A DNA stretch of 64,000 nucleotides from the human T2T-CHM13v2.0 reference genome, Homo sapiens: assembly GCF_009914755.1 (NCBI RefSeq), contig NC_060930.1, one strand, 5' to 3'. A program made the position numbers and the translations under genes. Shown here in pieces: positions 15,143 through 30,372 of this stretch. Numbering within the stretch: the stretch's first letter is position 1; each line of letters starts with the position of its first letter. The notes beneath the pieces were generated by a model that saw only the letters and a program-made list of their open reading frames with translations, was not told the origin of the DNA and did no database searches.

Positions 15143-16256
15143 AATATTAAAAATAAAAAAATTAAAAAACAAGAGGAGAACACTGATACTACAGAGACAT
15201 CTTTCTAAACCAAATAGTTTCTGTGGTATAATTTAGGAGGCATAGTCAGTCTCTTTGAGTCTCAAATATGGTGAAGCAGATCCTGTCCAGGGCCCTGCTG
15301 ACATGAGTATTTTGGTAAGAAGAGCTGAGGCATCCATCAGGATGATTATGCAAGTTGGTTTGCCCTAAATACGGTGTATTTACTTATTAAAAATTTTTTT
15401 AATTAAAGAAATCAAACTGACAATTATGGAAATTACTTGTAAAATTATTGAGGTTACTTTTAAGAGATTCTCAATGTAAATACAAGTAAAAACAATCTCT
15501 GTGAAAAAAGAGGGTGGGGTGGGAGTGGGGGTGCTAACAGTTGTATGGTGCTTATTTTGTGCCTAGAATTTTACATATATAAACTCATTTAATCCTCACA
15601 GCAATCTAGTGAAAGGTTAAGTAGATTGCCCAAGATCACAGACTTAATAAATGACAAAATCAGAATTTGAACCCACACGCTCTTGCTTGAGAGTGTATGC
15701 TTTGATCCACTATGCTAAACCTCCTCTTAAAGCAGCACAGGATTGGGTAGGACAATGTAATTGCTGAGGCCTGGAATCTCTTCCCTGATCCTACCTGCCA
15801 CCCTGGTGCCTGCATTTTTTTTCAGAGCTTAAAGCCTGCTTCCTTCATGAAAGCTTCCTTGAAAAATCCAGTCCTGTTCCATCTCTGCGTGCCTTCAGTG
15901 GTTATTCAGTACTGAGCATTATATGCTCTAGAACCTGATTCCACCAGAACTCTAGCATTAATTCCTAAGTCCTTCATGTTGTGAATCCTTCTTCCTGAAC
16001 CAACTGGTCACAGCCCCACAGAAAGAACGAACCCCCAACTTGGACTGTTTTCTTATCTCTTGCAGTATCTGCACATTAGGTACAGAGTGCGGGTTCTATA
16101 AAGATTTATCAACCTGTTGATTTGACATATTAAAGAGAGACATAGGAAGGAATAGGCAATAGACGAGAGGCTCATTCTTGCAGCTATAAAATTTTTATTA
16201 TGGAATAAGAACTCACCACACTCACAAGAGAATTGCTTAACCATCACCTTTATAGA

Positions 16257-16579
<323 letters not shown>

Positions 16580-17054
16580 AACAAGTTGTTTTGACTGAGA
16601 AGGGTGGTCAAGTGCACTGTCCTGATGTCTGTGTCTTGGTTCCAGGCTTAATGTTGCATTTGGCCTTAGAGACTAGAGGGGCAACATCCTCAGTCCTCAA
16701 AGTTTCTGCAGCTTTGATGGTTCCTCTTGGCCAAAGAGAGACACTTAATGGGCCTGGACGTGGCCATTGGATTTTGACAGCTTTATGGAGATTTGTAAGG
16801 GCTGTTTGCTTTGCCTAATAGTTATCATTTCAAACCAATAGATTCATACCAAGTTGTATCACAGATGTTCTTTTTCAGTGTGAATACTTTTCTCCAATGG
16901 TTTCTTTATTTTGTGGACATGAAAACTCATCTGTCTCACTAAATCCCATCACTCCACCTTTTATATTCAGACAAGAATAAAGACCCAGGGAAGAGCCTGT
17001 GACCACAGAACTGATTGGTCTTCAAGCCAGATCTGAACCCAGATCTCCCTGTAA

Positions 17055-17258
17055 TAGCACTGTCCTACAGAATGTTCTGTGATGACAGAAGCTGCCTTTT
17101 CCAACACAGTGGCCATTAGCCACTTGTAGCTGTAGAGCACTTGAGATGTGGCTGGTGTGACTGAGGAGCTGCATTTCTAATTTTATTTCACTGTAATTCA
17201 TTTAAATTTAAACAGCCACATGCGCTAATGGCTACCATTTTGAATAGTGCAGTTCTAG
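17055..17258. mobile_element. MER3-like hAT-Charlie MITE
   Basis: gccattagccacttgtagct...gagcacttgagatgtggct...agccacatgcgctaatggctacc. Confidence 0.75.
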
Positions 17259-18389
17259 AAGAACCAAGCCAGTTTATAGAGAGCTGCTATTGTAAATATA
17301 AAAGATTACTCACCATATTCTTTCCTTTCTTGCCACCAAAGAAGAATATAACAAAAATACTTCAGTAGAGTGTAAAAAAAAATGCACTTGTGGTTCAACT
17401 TTTAACAAAAGGCATTCATGCCAGGTATTTCTTACCACCTTGCATGTTTACTTTGTGGTTGTTATCACTGAAACCTCAGAACATTAGTTGTTTCTTAAAC
17501 AATGTACTGTCTTATTTATTTAAGCTGTTGCCATGTTACTGTTGTCCATGGTGCCCTGTGCATGGAGGCTGACAGCCTCTGACAGGCCCTGCCCTTCTGC
17601 TGACCCCCAGGCTCGTGAAGGGAGGCAGAAGGGCACTGCTTATAAAGCATAAAAGTGGGACATGCCTTCGAGCCCAGTTTTCTAACCTTTGTCCTCACAA
17701 GATTGCACAAATCACTTGGTTCCATGCCTGAAACACATGCTTCATGCACAGGGAGAGTCTGTCATACTTTTGAGGGAGTGTTACCCATCTAGGAGCAGAG
17801 CTGCTGATCAGCGCATTTTCCTAGGTACGCATCACAATTCATGCACAAATAGATTCTCAACACTTGGGGCTGAGTATTGGAAGGTAGCTGGAGAATGGGA
17901 CTTCATTTTGGCAACAATAAATTCCATTTTTTCTAGAGTTTTCTAAAGAAATTCATAGAATCATCAGAGGCTTGAATGGTAAGAGGTTAAAAGATGAAGT
18001 GACATTGCACTTAGGCTGTGTCAGTGAATGACTGGCTGAGGCATCTGTTTCCCTGTTTTCTCATTGCTGAAAAATGGTATGCTGCCTTTTGCAAAGTCTT
18101 TATTTTGTATCTTTATCTTAAAGTGGAAGATAAAGACTTTGAAAAAGACAGCATATCTTTAAAGAGAATGGAAACAAGGGTCAGAAAGGAGTTTTTTGTC
18201 AGAAGGCCAAAATATGTTGCTATAGCTGTCATCTCACAATGTCACTTTAATGATTATTATCACTGGATTTTAGTCCAGTTGAACTTTATGACTACATGCC
18301 AAACTCCAACTCATTCTTGAACCCAAAAGGGCAATATTCCAGAAGAACAGAGAAGCAACTCAAGATAAATGGAGATCTTAGAGTCAATT

Positions 18390-21020
18390 GCAACAACCTC
18401 CACTTCTGGCCTGACAGAGTAAAAGAAACCAGATTTACCCTTAACAAATACAACAGTACCAACAGACAAAGTATATGAAATGATGGTTTTCAGACATTAG
18501 GAATAGGATACACGGGACCCAAACACAGCCTGACAGTCTCTCTGAGTTGAGCAGACAATGGAGTTTGGAGTTCGGGAAGGTCAAGGCAGATAGAATTTAC
18601 AGATCTAAATACCAGAGGAGATGCAGTTCCTAACAGAGAGAGAGAGCTTAGAGAGCACTCTTGAGATGTGCAGAGGAGTCCCCTTGAATCTTTGACTAAG
18701 TCCTGATCTGCATGTGCATGGGAGAAAACTATCAAGTATGGGGAAAGAACTAGAGATGCATAAAAGAAGCAATCCCAGGATCTTACACAGGGCTGGTAAT
18801 AATTTGTGTTCCCAGTAGGAAGAGTGGAAAGACCTCCTAGTACACAGGGCATTGGGCAGAGTCCTCGGAAGGCCATTGCTTCGGTAATGAAGCCACATGA
18901 GCTGTAGACTAGGGCGTTTCTGGACCCACTTCTACAAAGCTTAAAAGCAAGGCTCAAAAGGATTAAATTCATTCTATGTCACTTAACTATATCCCAGAAT
19001 GAGGCCTGACACTTTTTAAAGGAACACAACAAAATCCAGTATACAACAACATAAAATTCAGTATGTCTGGCAGCCAAAAGATATTACTAGTGTATGCAAA
19101 TAACTAAGAAAATGCAACTCATAACCAAGCATGAAAAATATCAATATAAACCCATATATGGTTAAAATGATCAAAATTAGTATATAAGGACATTAAAACT
19201 GCTATATAAACATACATCTTATGTTTAAGAAGATAGAAGAAAATATGAAGAGAGAATTGACAATAAATTCAACAATTTAAACAGCAAATAATTTGAAGGA
19301 AACAAATTATCAAACTCAGTGACAAAGAAAGCAATAACCTGAATATCCCTATATCTATTAAATTCACTGAATTTGCAAGGGGAAAAACCTTCCCACCAAG
19401 AAATCTCTAGTAAAGATAGTTTTACTAGTGAATTCTACCAAACTATTAGGGAAGAAATAGTATCACTTCCACAAAAACTCTTTCAGAAAATAGAAGAGGA
19501 AACACATTCCCATCTCATTCTAGGTGGGCATTATCCTAATATTAAATCCAGACAAATACACCTGAATATTTCTCATGAATATGCAAAAATATTTAACAAA
19601 ATTGTAGCAAATCAAATCTAGAAACATATCTACAACATTCTACATATCAACAACATATCAACAACATTGTTGTAAATTCAACAACAAAATTGTAGCAAGT
19701 CAAATTTAGAAGTCTATAAAATAATAATAAATCATTACTAAGTGGGGTTTAGCCCAAAAATGCAAGATTTGTTTAACATTTGAAAATTAATCGATGTATT
19801 TGACATTAAAGGGAATGAAGGAAGAGAAGAAGGGAGGGAGGAAAGGGAAGAAAATAAATCCATATGTTGTACCATATACAAAATAAACTTGAAGTGGATG
19901 ATAGAACCAGATCTATAAAAGTTCTGGAAGAAAACAAAAAATCTTTGTGACCTTGGGTTAGACAAACATTTCCTAGATAGCACACAAAAAACACAAACCA
20001 TAGCATTAAAGAATTGATAAATGGGTTTCACCGAAACAAAAAAGATCTGCTCTTCAAAAGACACTGTCATGAAAATGAAAAGTCAGGCCATACTTATAAA
20101 CTATTTGCAAAACATGTATAAAGAAATTGTCTTGACTATATAAAGAGGTTTTAAAATTTAATAGTAATAAGATCAAATGCTAAAATAATAAGCAAAATAT
20201 TTGAATAGGTGCTTCACCAAAGAAGACAGAAGGATGACTAATAAGTACATGAAAAGATGCTCAGCCTAATTAGTCACTAGAAAAATAAAAATTAAAGCTA
20301 CAATTTAGTGAAATGCCGTGATATATTTATCAGTATGCTTCAAACTTAAAAAACTGGCAATGCTGAATCCTGGAAAGGCAGTAGCTAGAAATCTCATACA
20401 AATTTTGACAGCCACTTTGAAAACAATTTTCAAGGTTTTTTTTTTTTTTAAAAAAAAGGTTAAACATTCACTAACCATATAACTAAATAGTTCCACTTCT
20501 AAATATTTACCCAAATGAAATATAAAACATAATCAACACAAAAGCTTACACATAAATCTTTATAGCAGCCTCATTTTTAACAGCCAAAAACTGGAAAAGA
20601 ATCCAAGTGCCCTCAACTGCTGAATGCATAAAAAGTTGTAGCACAATACATTCACACAATGGAATACAACTCAGTAATAAAAAGGGACCAACTGCTGATT
20701 TACGTACCAACATGGTGAGTTCAAAAGCATTATGAAAGAAACCACACACAAAAGATTACACAGAGTTTAAGCCTATTTATACAATATGTTTTAAAAGCAA
20801 AAACTGTAATAATAGAAAGATCCTTCTAGGAGGCAGGAGGTGTCTGGGAAGGGACTCACAGCAAAGGAGGTAAGACAGAGCCTTTTGAGGTGATGGGAAT
20901 GTGCCACATCATGATTATGGTGATGGTTAGATGACTGTATACATTTGTCAAAACTCCCTCAAATGCACACTTAAAATTGTGGACTTTTAATGTATGTAAA
21001 TTATATCCCAATACTGTTGG
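18390..21020 (+). mobile_element. Fragmented old L1M (L1MC/MD-like): 5' region, ORF2 pieces, 3' end
   Basis: ORF2-like peptides in the track (FTSEFYQTIREEI, KLFQKIEEE); 3' UTR-like gtatacatttgtcaaaactc...aatgtatgtaaattata. Confidence 0.75.
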
Positions 21021-21649
21021 CCCCATAAAGCAACATACATACTAGGGCATATGGTATAATGCATTTGTGTCAAATAAAATTAAAAAAGGAGAGAATTCCA
21101 AATATACGAACTTGTACACATATTTGCTGGAATGCACATAAAATGTCTCAAGGGGCATATTAATGAAATGTGTAGAAGGGACTGCCTCTGAAAATGGAAA
21201 TGAGGTGTCTGAAGGAGTATGGTTGGGAAGCAACTCTATCTTTTGTACTTTTCAAACTTAGAACCAGGCAAACAATCAACCTATTCAAAGCGGGGGCAGG
21301 GGGCAATGTCAGCTGGGTTCCAAAACCTGCTGCTGCTCAACAGGACTTGTCAAAATCCTGTTTCTATGTGGGAGCACCTCTATTTTTTACTCACTATATC
21401 CCCTTTTTCCCATTTACAAAATCACAGGATGCCTGAGTATGAATTTTCCTTCTCTGTTTTCTCCCTGACTAGCTGGTTTGTCACCAGGACTTGCCATAGA
21501 CCCCACTCTACCCTAAAGTCAAATATCAATAGCTGCAGGTACTCAAGGATCTTTGCTTGAATACTGACCAAATTTCCCAGAACACACCAAGAAGCTTTCC
21601 TTCCAAAAGCAAACTGAACTATCCCCCGCCCCCCATAACCAATTTGGTT

Positions 21650-22200
21650 TAAATCAACACATATTTATGAGCCCTGACTATGGACCAGACTTTGTGCTAA
21701 CTGTGGGGGGTACATGGTTGAATAAGATGTAGCTGGAAAGTGCTTTCCTTGTGGAGCTTTCAGTCTTGTAATAGACTGGGGGAGATACACACTTAACCAG
21801 ATAATTTTAAAATGAGGTAAGAGGTGCTAAAATGAAGGCAGGCACTGAGGGAGAATACCTAGAATGATCTGAAGGTTCAGAAACTGCTTCCCAGGGAAAA
21901 TGAGTTCAGAAAGATGAGGATTTAACCAGATGAAGGAGAGGAGAAGGTGTTGTAGGCAGAGGTATCAGCATGGGCAAAGCTGGATGGAGCAGAACAGCAT
22001 CCTATTTGTGGAGAGCTCAGTACTCCTGGGACACGGTGAGTGAGGTAGAGCATGGTGGGAGATGGAATTAGAGAAGCCATTAGGTTGCTAGGGGCAGAAC
22101 ATGCAAAGGCTTTGTAATGGGACGCTCAAAGGTGAACTTGATCATGTTGGCAATAGGGAAGGTTTACAGCAGGGGAATTGAGTATCCAATTTGCAATTTC
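21650..22200 (-). mobile_element. L2 3' fragment
   Basis: caacacatatttatgagccctgactatg..., purine-rich L2 body. Confidence 0.6.
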
Positions 22201-22969
22201 GTTCCAAGGGATGGTCTTTACTCCACTGGTTGAATGAAGGCTAGCTGAGGGTCTCAGGGATAACTGTTTAGTTCACTTTGACCAAATTTACCGAGTCCCC
22301 ACTACAACAAGCTCAGTGCCCCCACAGGACACGGAGCTACCGAGATAAGAAACAAGATTCGTTCCCCAAGGAGCTGATAGTCTGGTAAATTGCCCTTTAA
22401 AAAATGGGAGTTCAAAAAATGACCCCCACCGACTAGTCTAACACTATCTCCCCCTTGATATTCTGATTGGAAGCCACATCCTGGCCAGCTGATATTCTCT
22501 CCCGCAGGGTTGACACTGAACCTTTTCTCCTGATCACCACGTCTAGTTTGGCTTCTGTGTCTGTTGACAAAACAGTGTTCAGTAAATCATATTAATGCAG
22601 AAATACAAAGGCAGGCCCAGGAACAAGGATGCACTGAATTAGTTCTAGCCACATGGCTTCCACAGGCTGCTCCTTGCAGTGTCTAACCCCAGTTGCTGTG
22701 CAAATCCTCAAGCCCTTTGACTCCAATGTCCCTTTAGAGCTCAAAAGATCAAATAAGCACTCAGCGTACTGGCTTTCTGTCCAACTTCAGGATGATGCTA
22801 GGAATGTGCCAGGCATTCTAATGAGTGCCTGAGAACTAAAGAGATGAAGATACAAACAGTCCACTAAATTCTTACATAGTCCCTTGCATCAAGGGGGAAA
22901 TATGGATTCTGGAACTGGCTGCCCATGTCTGGGGGTTCCCATTCAATCCAACTCATTCTTCCTTCAGAC

Positions 22970-23419
22970 AGTAGTGGGTTGAAGAGTGGCCTTAAAAAAG
23001 TTATGTCCACCTGGAACCTGAAAATATGACCTTATTTGGAAAAAGCGTATTTGTAGATATAATTTAAGCTAAGGATCTTGAGATGAAATCATCCTGAGTT
23101 AAGGTGGCCCTATATCCAATCCCAAGTGTTTATCAGAGAAGATAAGGGGAAACAGATACAGGAACACCAGGGAGAAGGCCATGTGATGAAGGAGGCAGAG
23201 ACTGGCGTGATGCAACCACAAGCCAAAGATTGCCAGAAGCCAACAGAAGCTAAAAAGTACAAGAAAGAACTCTCCCCTAGAGCCTTCAGAAGGAGTGTGG
23301 CCCTGACAATACCCTATCTTTAGACTCTGGCCTCAATAACTGTAAGAGAATAAGTTTCTGTTGTTTTAAAACACCATGTTTTCAGTAATTTGTTACAGCA
23401 ACCCTACAAAGCTGATACA
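22970..23419 (+). mobile_element. MLT1C-type solo LTR
   Basis: gaccttatttggaaaaag...gaaggccatgtgatgaaggaggcagagactgg...aatttgttacagca...gataca. Confidence 0.8.
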
Positions 23420-23652
23420 GAGGGCTTGGACTACCACTCTTACTACTGCTGCCAGCCACTGGCCCAAGGCTTCCTCCTCCCTCATTACCCTGGAGATTCC
23501 TGGGGGTAACTTATTTCCTCCCTCCTTCCTTCATTCAACCATCATTTTAAGTATGCCAATGGACCAAGTATATGAGAATGGAGGCAGATCTTCCTTCAGG
23601 AGTTCACAGCTAGGGAGATATAAAGATATAAACAAGTAATCATAGCATTTAA

Positions 23653-24042
23653 TGTTATGGCCCGAATTGTATACATACCCCCCAAGTTTGTATGTTGAAA
23701 TCCTAAACCCTTGGAATGTGGCTGCATTTAAGATAGGGTCTTTAAAGAGGTGATTAAGTTAAAATGAGGTCATTAGGGTGAGCCCTAATCCAAAATGACT
23801 GGTGTTCTTATAAGAAGAGAAGATTAGGACACAAACATGCACAGGGGGAAGACCATGTGAAGACACAGAGAGAAAGAAGATGGTGATCTACAAGCCTTGG
23901 AGAGATGACTCAGAAGAAACCAACCCTGCCAACACCTTGATCTTGCTCTTCTAGCCTCCAGTATTGTGAGAAAGTAAAGTTCTGTTGTTTAAGCCACCCA
24001 GTTTGAGATACTTTATTGCAGAAGTCCTGGCAAACTAATACA
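23653..24042 (+). mobile_element. MLT1B-type solo LTR
   Basis: tgttatgg...aagaggtgattaagttaaaatgaggtcattagggtg...aaactaataca. Confidence 0.8.
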
Positions 24043-24418
24043 TTAAGGTAAGAACAATGAAGGAGTGCAGAGCCAACACAGCCCAGCCTTTTAGGGAGGG
24101 ACGAGGAAAGCCCTCCTGAAAAGGTGACTTCTAGGCTGCATTTGAAAGGACAGGAAGGAAAAGCATTGAAAGAGGGCAACTGGAGCAAAGGCCCAGAACC
24201 ATGAAGTGTGCAGGGAAGTACAGGCTAGTGAATGTTTTTAAGACACAGGGTGAATGAGGAGTGACAAGTAATGAAGTCTTAGCTAAAAGTCTGAGTATCA
24301 TGAAAAACTTTTATGCATTCGCTCCATCCTGGCCTTTTTCCTGGAGCAATAGGGAGCTACTGCATAACTAAAATCAGGGGAATGGCATGGTCTGATGTGC
24401 TCTAAAGAAGCACATGTG

Positions 24419-27339
24419 AAAGAGAGAAGATCCAAATAAACACAATTAGAAACAACAAAAGGGATATTATCACTGACTCCACAGGAATACAAATAACTAT
24501 CAGAGAATACGATGAACACCCCTATGCACACAAATGAGAAAATCTAGAAGAAAATTGATAAATTCCTGGACACATACACCCTCCCAAGACTGAACCAGGA
24601 AGAAACTGAATCCCTGAACAGACCAATAATGCGTTCCAAAATTGAATCGGTAATAAATAGCCTGCCAAAAAAACAAAAAAAGAAAAAAAAGCCCATGACC
24701 AGAAAGATTCACAGCTGAATCCTACCAGATGTACAAAGAAGAGCTGGTACCATTCCTACTAAAACTTCCAAAAAATGGAAGAGGAAGGACTCCTCCCTAA
24801 CTCATTCTATGAGGCCAACATCATCCTAATAGCAAAACCTGGCAGAGATACAGCAAAAAAAGAAAACTTCAGGCCAATATCTATGATGAACATTAATGCA
24901 AAAATCTTCCACAAAATACTGGCAAACTGAATTCAGCAGCACATCAAAAAGCTTATCCACCATGATCAAGTAAGCTTTATCCCTGGGATGCAAGGTTGGT
25001 TCAACATATGCAAATCAATAAATGTGACTCATCACATACACAGAACTAAAGACAAAAAAACGTGATTAACTCAATAGATGCAGAAAAGGCTTTCTGATAA
25101 AATTCAACATCCCTTCATGTTAAAAGCTCTCAATAAACTAGGTATCAAAGGAACATGCCTCAAAATAATAAGAGCCATCTGTGACAAGGCAAGATCCAAC
25201 ATCATACTGAATGAACAAAAGCTGGAACTATACCTTTTGAAAACCAGCACAAGACAAGAAGGCCCTCTCTCACCACTCCTATTCAACATAGTATTGGAAG
25301 TTCTTGCCAGAACAATCAGGTAAGAGAAAGAAATAAAAGGCATCCAAATAGGTACAGAGAAAGTCAAACTATCCCTGTTTGTAGATGACATGATTTTATA
25401 TCTAGAAAACCCCATAGTCTTGGCCCAAAAGCTCCTTAAGCTAGTAAGCAACTTCAGTGAAGTTTCAGGATATAAAATCAATGTACAAAAATCACTAGTA
25501 TTCCTATACACCAACAACAGTCAAGCTGAGAGCCAAATCAGGAATGCAATCCCATTTATGATTGCCACAAAAGAATAAAATACCTAGGAATACAGCTAAC
25601 CAGACAGGTGAAAAATCTTTACAATGAGAATTATAAAACACTACTCAAAGAAATCAGAGAGGACACAAACAAATGGAAAAACATTCCATGCTTGTGTACA
25701 AGGAGAATCAATATCATTAAAATGGCCATATTGCCCAAAGCAATTTATAGATTCAATGCTATTCCTATCAAACTACCAGTGACATTCTACACAGAACTAA
25801 AAAAAAAGAACTATTTAAAAATTCATATGAAGCCAAAAAAGAACCCAAATAGCCAAGGCAACCCTAAGCAAAAAGAACAAAGCTGGAGGCATCATGCTAC
25901 CCAACTTCAAAATATACACAAGGCTACAGTAACCCAAACAGCATGGTATTGATACAAAAACAGACACATTCACCAATGGAACAGAATAGACAGCCCCAAA
26001 ATACGGCCGCACACCTATAACCATCAGATCTTCGACAAAGCTGACAAAAACAAGCAATGGGGAGAGGACTCCCTATTCAATAAATTGTGCTGGGATAACT
26101 GTCTAGCCATATGCAGAAGATTGAAACTGGACCCCTTCTTTATTTCATATACAAAAATCAACTCAAGATAGATTAAAGATTTAAATGTAAAGCCCAGAAC
26201 TATAAAAACCTTGGAAGACAACCTAAGCAATACCATTCTGGGCATAGAAACAGGCAAAGATTTCATGACAAAGATGCCAAAATCAGTTGAAACAAAAGCA
26301 AAAATTCACAAATGGGATCTAATTAAACTAAAGAGCTTCTGAACAGCAAAAGAAACTATCAACAGAGTAAACAACCTACAGAACAGGAGAAAAATTTTGC
26401 AAGCTATGTATCTGACAAAGATGTAATATCCAGCATCTAAAAGGAACTTAAATTTTTTTTCATATAAATTTAACAAATTTACAAGAAAAAAACAATCCCA
26501 TTAAAAAGTGGGCAAAGGACATGAATACTTTTCAAAAGAAGACATACATGGGGCCAACAACCATATGAAAAAAAGCTTATCGCTAATTATTAGAGAAATA
26601 CAAATCAAAATCATAATGAAATACCATCTCATACCAGTCAGAATGGCTATTATTAAAAAGTCAAAAAATAACAGGTGCTGGCAAAGTTGCAGAGATTAAT
26701 GACCACTTATACACTGTTGATTAGAGTGTAAGTTAGTTCAGCCTTTGTGGAAAGCAGTGTGGTGGTGATTCCTCAGAGACCTAAAAACAGAATGACCCTT
26801 CTACCCAGCAATCTCATTACTGGGTATATACCTAAAGGAATATAAATTGTTCTATCATAAAGACACATGGATGCATAAGTTCTTTGCAGCACTATTCGCA
26901 ATAGCAAAGACATGGAATCAACCTGAATGCCTATAAATGGTAGACTGGATAAAGAAAATGTGGTACATATATACCATGGAATACTATGCAACCATAAAAG
27001 AACGAGATCATGTTCTTTGCAGGAACATGGGTAGAGCTGGAGGCCATTATCCTTAGCAAACTAATGCAGGAACAGAAAACCAAACACCGCATGCTCTCAC
27101 CCATAAGTGGGAGCTAAATGATGAGAACACACAGACAAATAGAGGGGAACAACACACACTGGGGCCTATCGGAGGGTAGAGGGTGGGAGGAGGGAGAGGA
27201 TCAGGGAAAATAACTAATGGGAATAGGCTTAATACCTGAGTGATGAAATAATCTGTACAACAAACCCCCATAACACAAATTTACCTATATAACAAATCTG
27301 CTAATGTACCCCTGAACTTAAAAGAAAAAAAAAAAAAAA
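24419..27339 (+). mobile_element. 5'-truncated L1PA (L1PA13/14-like): decayed ORF2 RT/C-terminus, 3' UTR, poly(A)
   Basis: RT peptides ([29 protein letters not shown]) with stops and frameshifts; diagnostic 3' UTR; 15-bp TSD aaagaagcacatgtg (24404-24418) / aaagaaacacatgtg (27337-27351). Confidence 0.92.
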
Positions 27340-27822
27340 GAAACACATGTGGATCATTCCTGTGGCTAGGTGGGGGGAGGGGGGATCCTAGGGAGATGGA
27401 TGACTCTAGAGGCAGAGTGACCAGTTAAACAGCTGTGGTCAAGATGACACTGATCAGTAGTGGCCAAGATGAAGAGGAGAGAATATTTTCAGAGGTGAAA
27501 TCGATTGCACTATTGAAAGTAAAGGAGAAATGCAAATCCAAGTTATTCAGAAGTTTTAGTTTGTACAATTAGTGATGCTGTCCAGGATGATGGGATTAGT
27601 AGTGCATGCATTGACATTGAGTTTGTAGTCTCTTGGGGGAAAAATTGCAAAACATTCTTTAGAAAAAAATATGGGCCCTAATTTGGGGATATGTATTTCA
27701 GAGTATCACATCACTTTCATTTTCAGAGTTAACATAACTCTCACATGATTATTTGGTGATGCTTCTTTATTATTCTTTCATGAAGGTTTCTTCCCATGGT
27801 TCCTAAAGGTGCTAAAAGGCTT

Positions 27823-28023
27823 AGAAAAGGATTTGTTTCACCCCATAGCTTATTCTACCCCTCCCACATGGGCACACAAGGTGTGAGTACCCAGGCAGGG
27901 AAAGTGGAAAGCATCACAGTGATAGTTAACATTTCTGAGAGTTCATGGACCCTCCTGAAATCATCTGGCACAAATATTTTTGCATAGGGTTCTAGAATGT
28001 TCCTCAACCTTCTGAAGCATATT
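27823..28023 (+). repeat. Left arm of a ~200-bp dispersed inverted duplication (partner 44487-44688)
   Basis: Manual alignment gives ~17 differences in ~202 nt. Confidence 0.95.
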
Positions 28024-29613
28024 CATGAACATATGAATATATTCCCAGGCTAGGAATGCCGATATAAAGAAAAATCCCCTGGATGGACAGCCCAATGTAC
28101 TAGCTTGCCAGTGATTTGCAGGCAGCCTTAGGAAGGTTGGTTCACTCCTCTGACTTTCCACATTCTTGGCACAGTGCTAAGATTCTGAGAGTCTTTGATT
28201 AATGGCATTGATTCACAAAGCAAACCAGTTCATATGGGCACCTAGAAAATAATTTTGAATAAAACTGGGCCTTGATTGTGTTCCCAGCACTCTAATTAAG
28301 TGAGTCCAGCCAGGCTATCTCACCCCATGCAAACACACTTTTTAAACTGGAAACTATACTAAAATAACAATCAAAACCTTGTGCTGAATCCATATATCTC
28401 CCCCTTACCCTCACAAAATATAAAGTAGCTGGATACACAGATAGATAATATATAAATCAGCATCACACCAGCTAGCTTTTTCCACGAAAATTGGTTTATA
28501 TGAAGCCACAGATTTAAATACGTGGACACATCCAGATGATCAGTTGAAGAGATACAGTGTTAATGATATATGATATATTTATATCTAAATACTTGAACTA
28601 ATCTTTGAAACAAAGCATGATGTCTGTTTGGTTCTGTTCTAGCTGGTAGGTGGAAATTCTTTTTAATTTGCTTGCTGTCCTAAACATTGTTTTGCTCATG
28701 GTATCCTCCTCAGAACATTCTATTACTCTTGGTTGCTCTCAGGATAAGATCCAAGCCCCTTAGTTTGCAGTGAAAGGCAGCACTCTTAGTTATTCAACTT
28801 CGTCATCTGCTCTTCACCTATGTGGGCCTTCTGACCCACTCAACCAAATGGACCTTGCCATACACATGTGAGTGTTGGCTGTGACTCTGCTTCTGCTGAG
28901 CCCACTGCCTGGGACGTCCTTTGAGCCACATCTCAACATCCCAATCCAGCTTCATTTATCTCATTTCCTCAAGGGGATTTTATAAGTTTCTCACCTGCAA
29001 TGATAAAACTTTGTTTGCCTCCAAGGTAAATGCACTAAATGTGTTGCTTATGAAAGCATCCAGGAAGAACCTAGGAAGTAAGGGGATCTGTTCTCATCAG
29101 CTCTTGGCCAAGGAAAGAGGTCCAGGCCCACAGATCATAGCAGAAAAGGAAGGAAAGCCTACAAATCAGTAATGTTTTTTTAAAATTGCATATCCCTATC
29201 AATATAAAACATTTACCCACAATATATGTATATTTACTCACTTACAAATTATATATGTATATACTACTGTAAGAGTACACTGTGCTCATTGTAAAATATA
29301 TAAAATATTAACATTTAAGGTGGTTAGATAAAAGTTCAATAGAAATGTTGCTTATTATTTTTCATTCTAATTATAGTATTCTAACACCACATGGATTATG
29401 TTGAGTGCCCCATTTTGAATACCATGACCCCTATAACCACATCAGGCACCTCTGCTATGGCAATAATAGTAATTACGACAATTCTGGAGCACTTTACTAT
29501 GCTGAGCCAAATTATAGTGAATAATTCCTTTAGAATAATTATGGGCTATGAGTCTAAAAAGTATTAACCAGTGTTGTTCTGTTGCCTGACTTCAACAGGA
29601 CATTTACATTTTC

Positions 29614-29676
29614 TGTGAATAGTGCCCCCTAAACTTGTTCAGTGCACAACCTGTGCATCCCCGCATGAGGGCCCTA
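29614..29676. mobile_element. MER91-like fragment
   Basis: gtgccccctaaacttgttcagtgcacaacctgtgca...gggccct. Confidence 0.5.
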
Positions 29677-30372
29677 TAAGTGTTCTATCAGAGATAGGCT
29701 CTGAAGCTGCAGATACTTTCCAAGGGACAGGCTTCACGTGAGCTGAGTGTGGACAGGAGTGTTGTTCTTATGTCAACTTTTCCAACCACAGCCAAATCTA
29801 GAAACCATAGTCAGTGTTGAGCAGTATCTTAGAGTGGATAATAGGTGGTGCCATATACACATGTACACACTGACCAGGAGTTGGAGCCATACACCTTGGA
29901 ATCTAAGACTGTAAGATCTAGGAAAGATTCCTTTCAAGGATGAAGAAATTTGGGTCCAGGGACATTTTATGCAAAAGTATTGACAAAGTTGTGTTAGAAT
30001 TCCCTGACCACTGCTCTTTCCACAATATTGTATTGCTCATGTTTGAAAAACCCAGTAGGATATTTACTGAATGCTTGCTGCAAAGCACTATGCTTAAAAT
30101 AAAACGTCATTTCCTGAATGGTTCCAATTTATCACAATAAGTAATAATTTAGGCTCCTATATATTGACATTTACCATATGTCAGATACTATATTAAGCAA
30201 CTTATAAGCATTATCTTATTTAATCTTTATAATAACCCTATGAGGAAGGTATCATAATGTCCATTTTATCAATGAGGAAATTGAGGCTGAGAGAAGCTCA
30301 ATAATTTAACAGAAATTAATCTGCTAAAGTAGGTTTCAAATCCATGCAACCAGACTTCAAAACCTGCTCTAG

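Noticed and set aside
18490-18972. 160-aa ORF
   Set aside because: Antisense frame within an old L1M 5' region; no protein similarity recognised.
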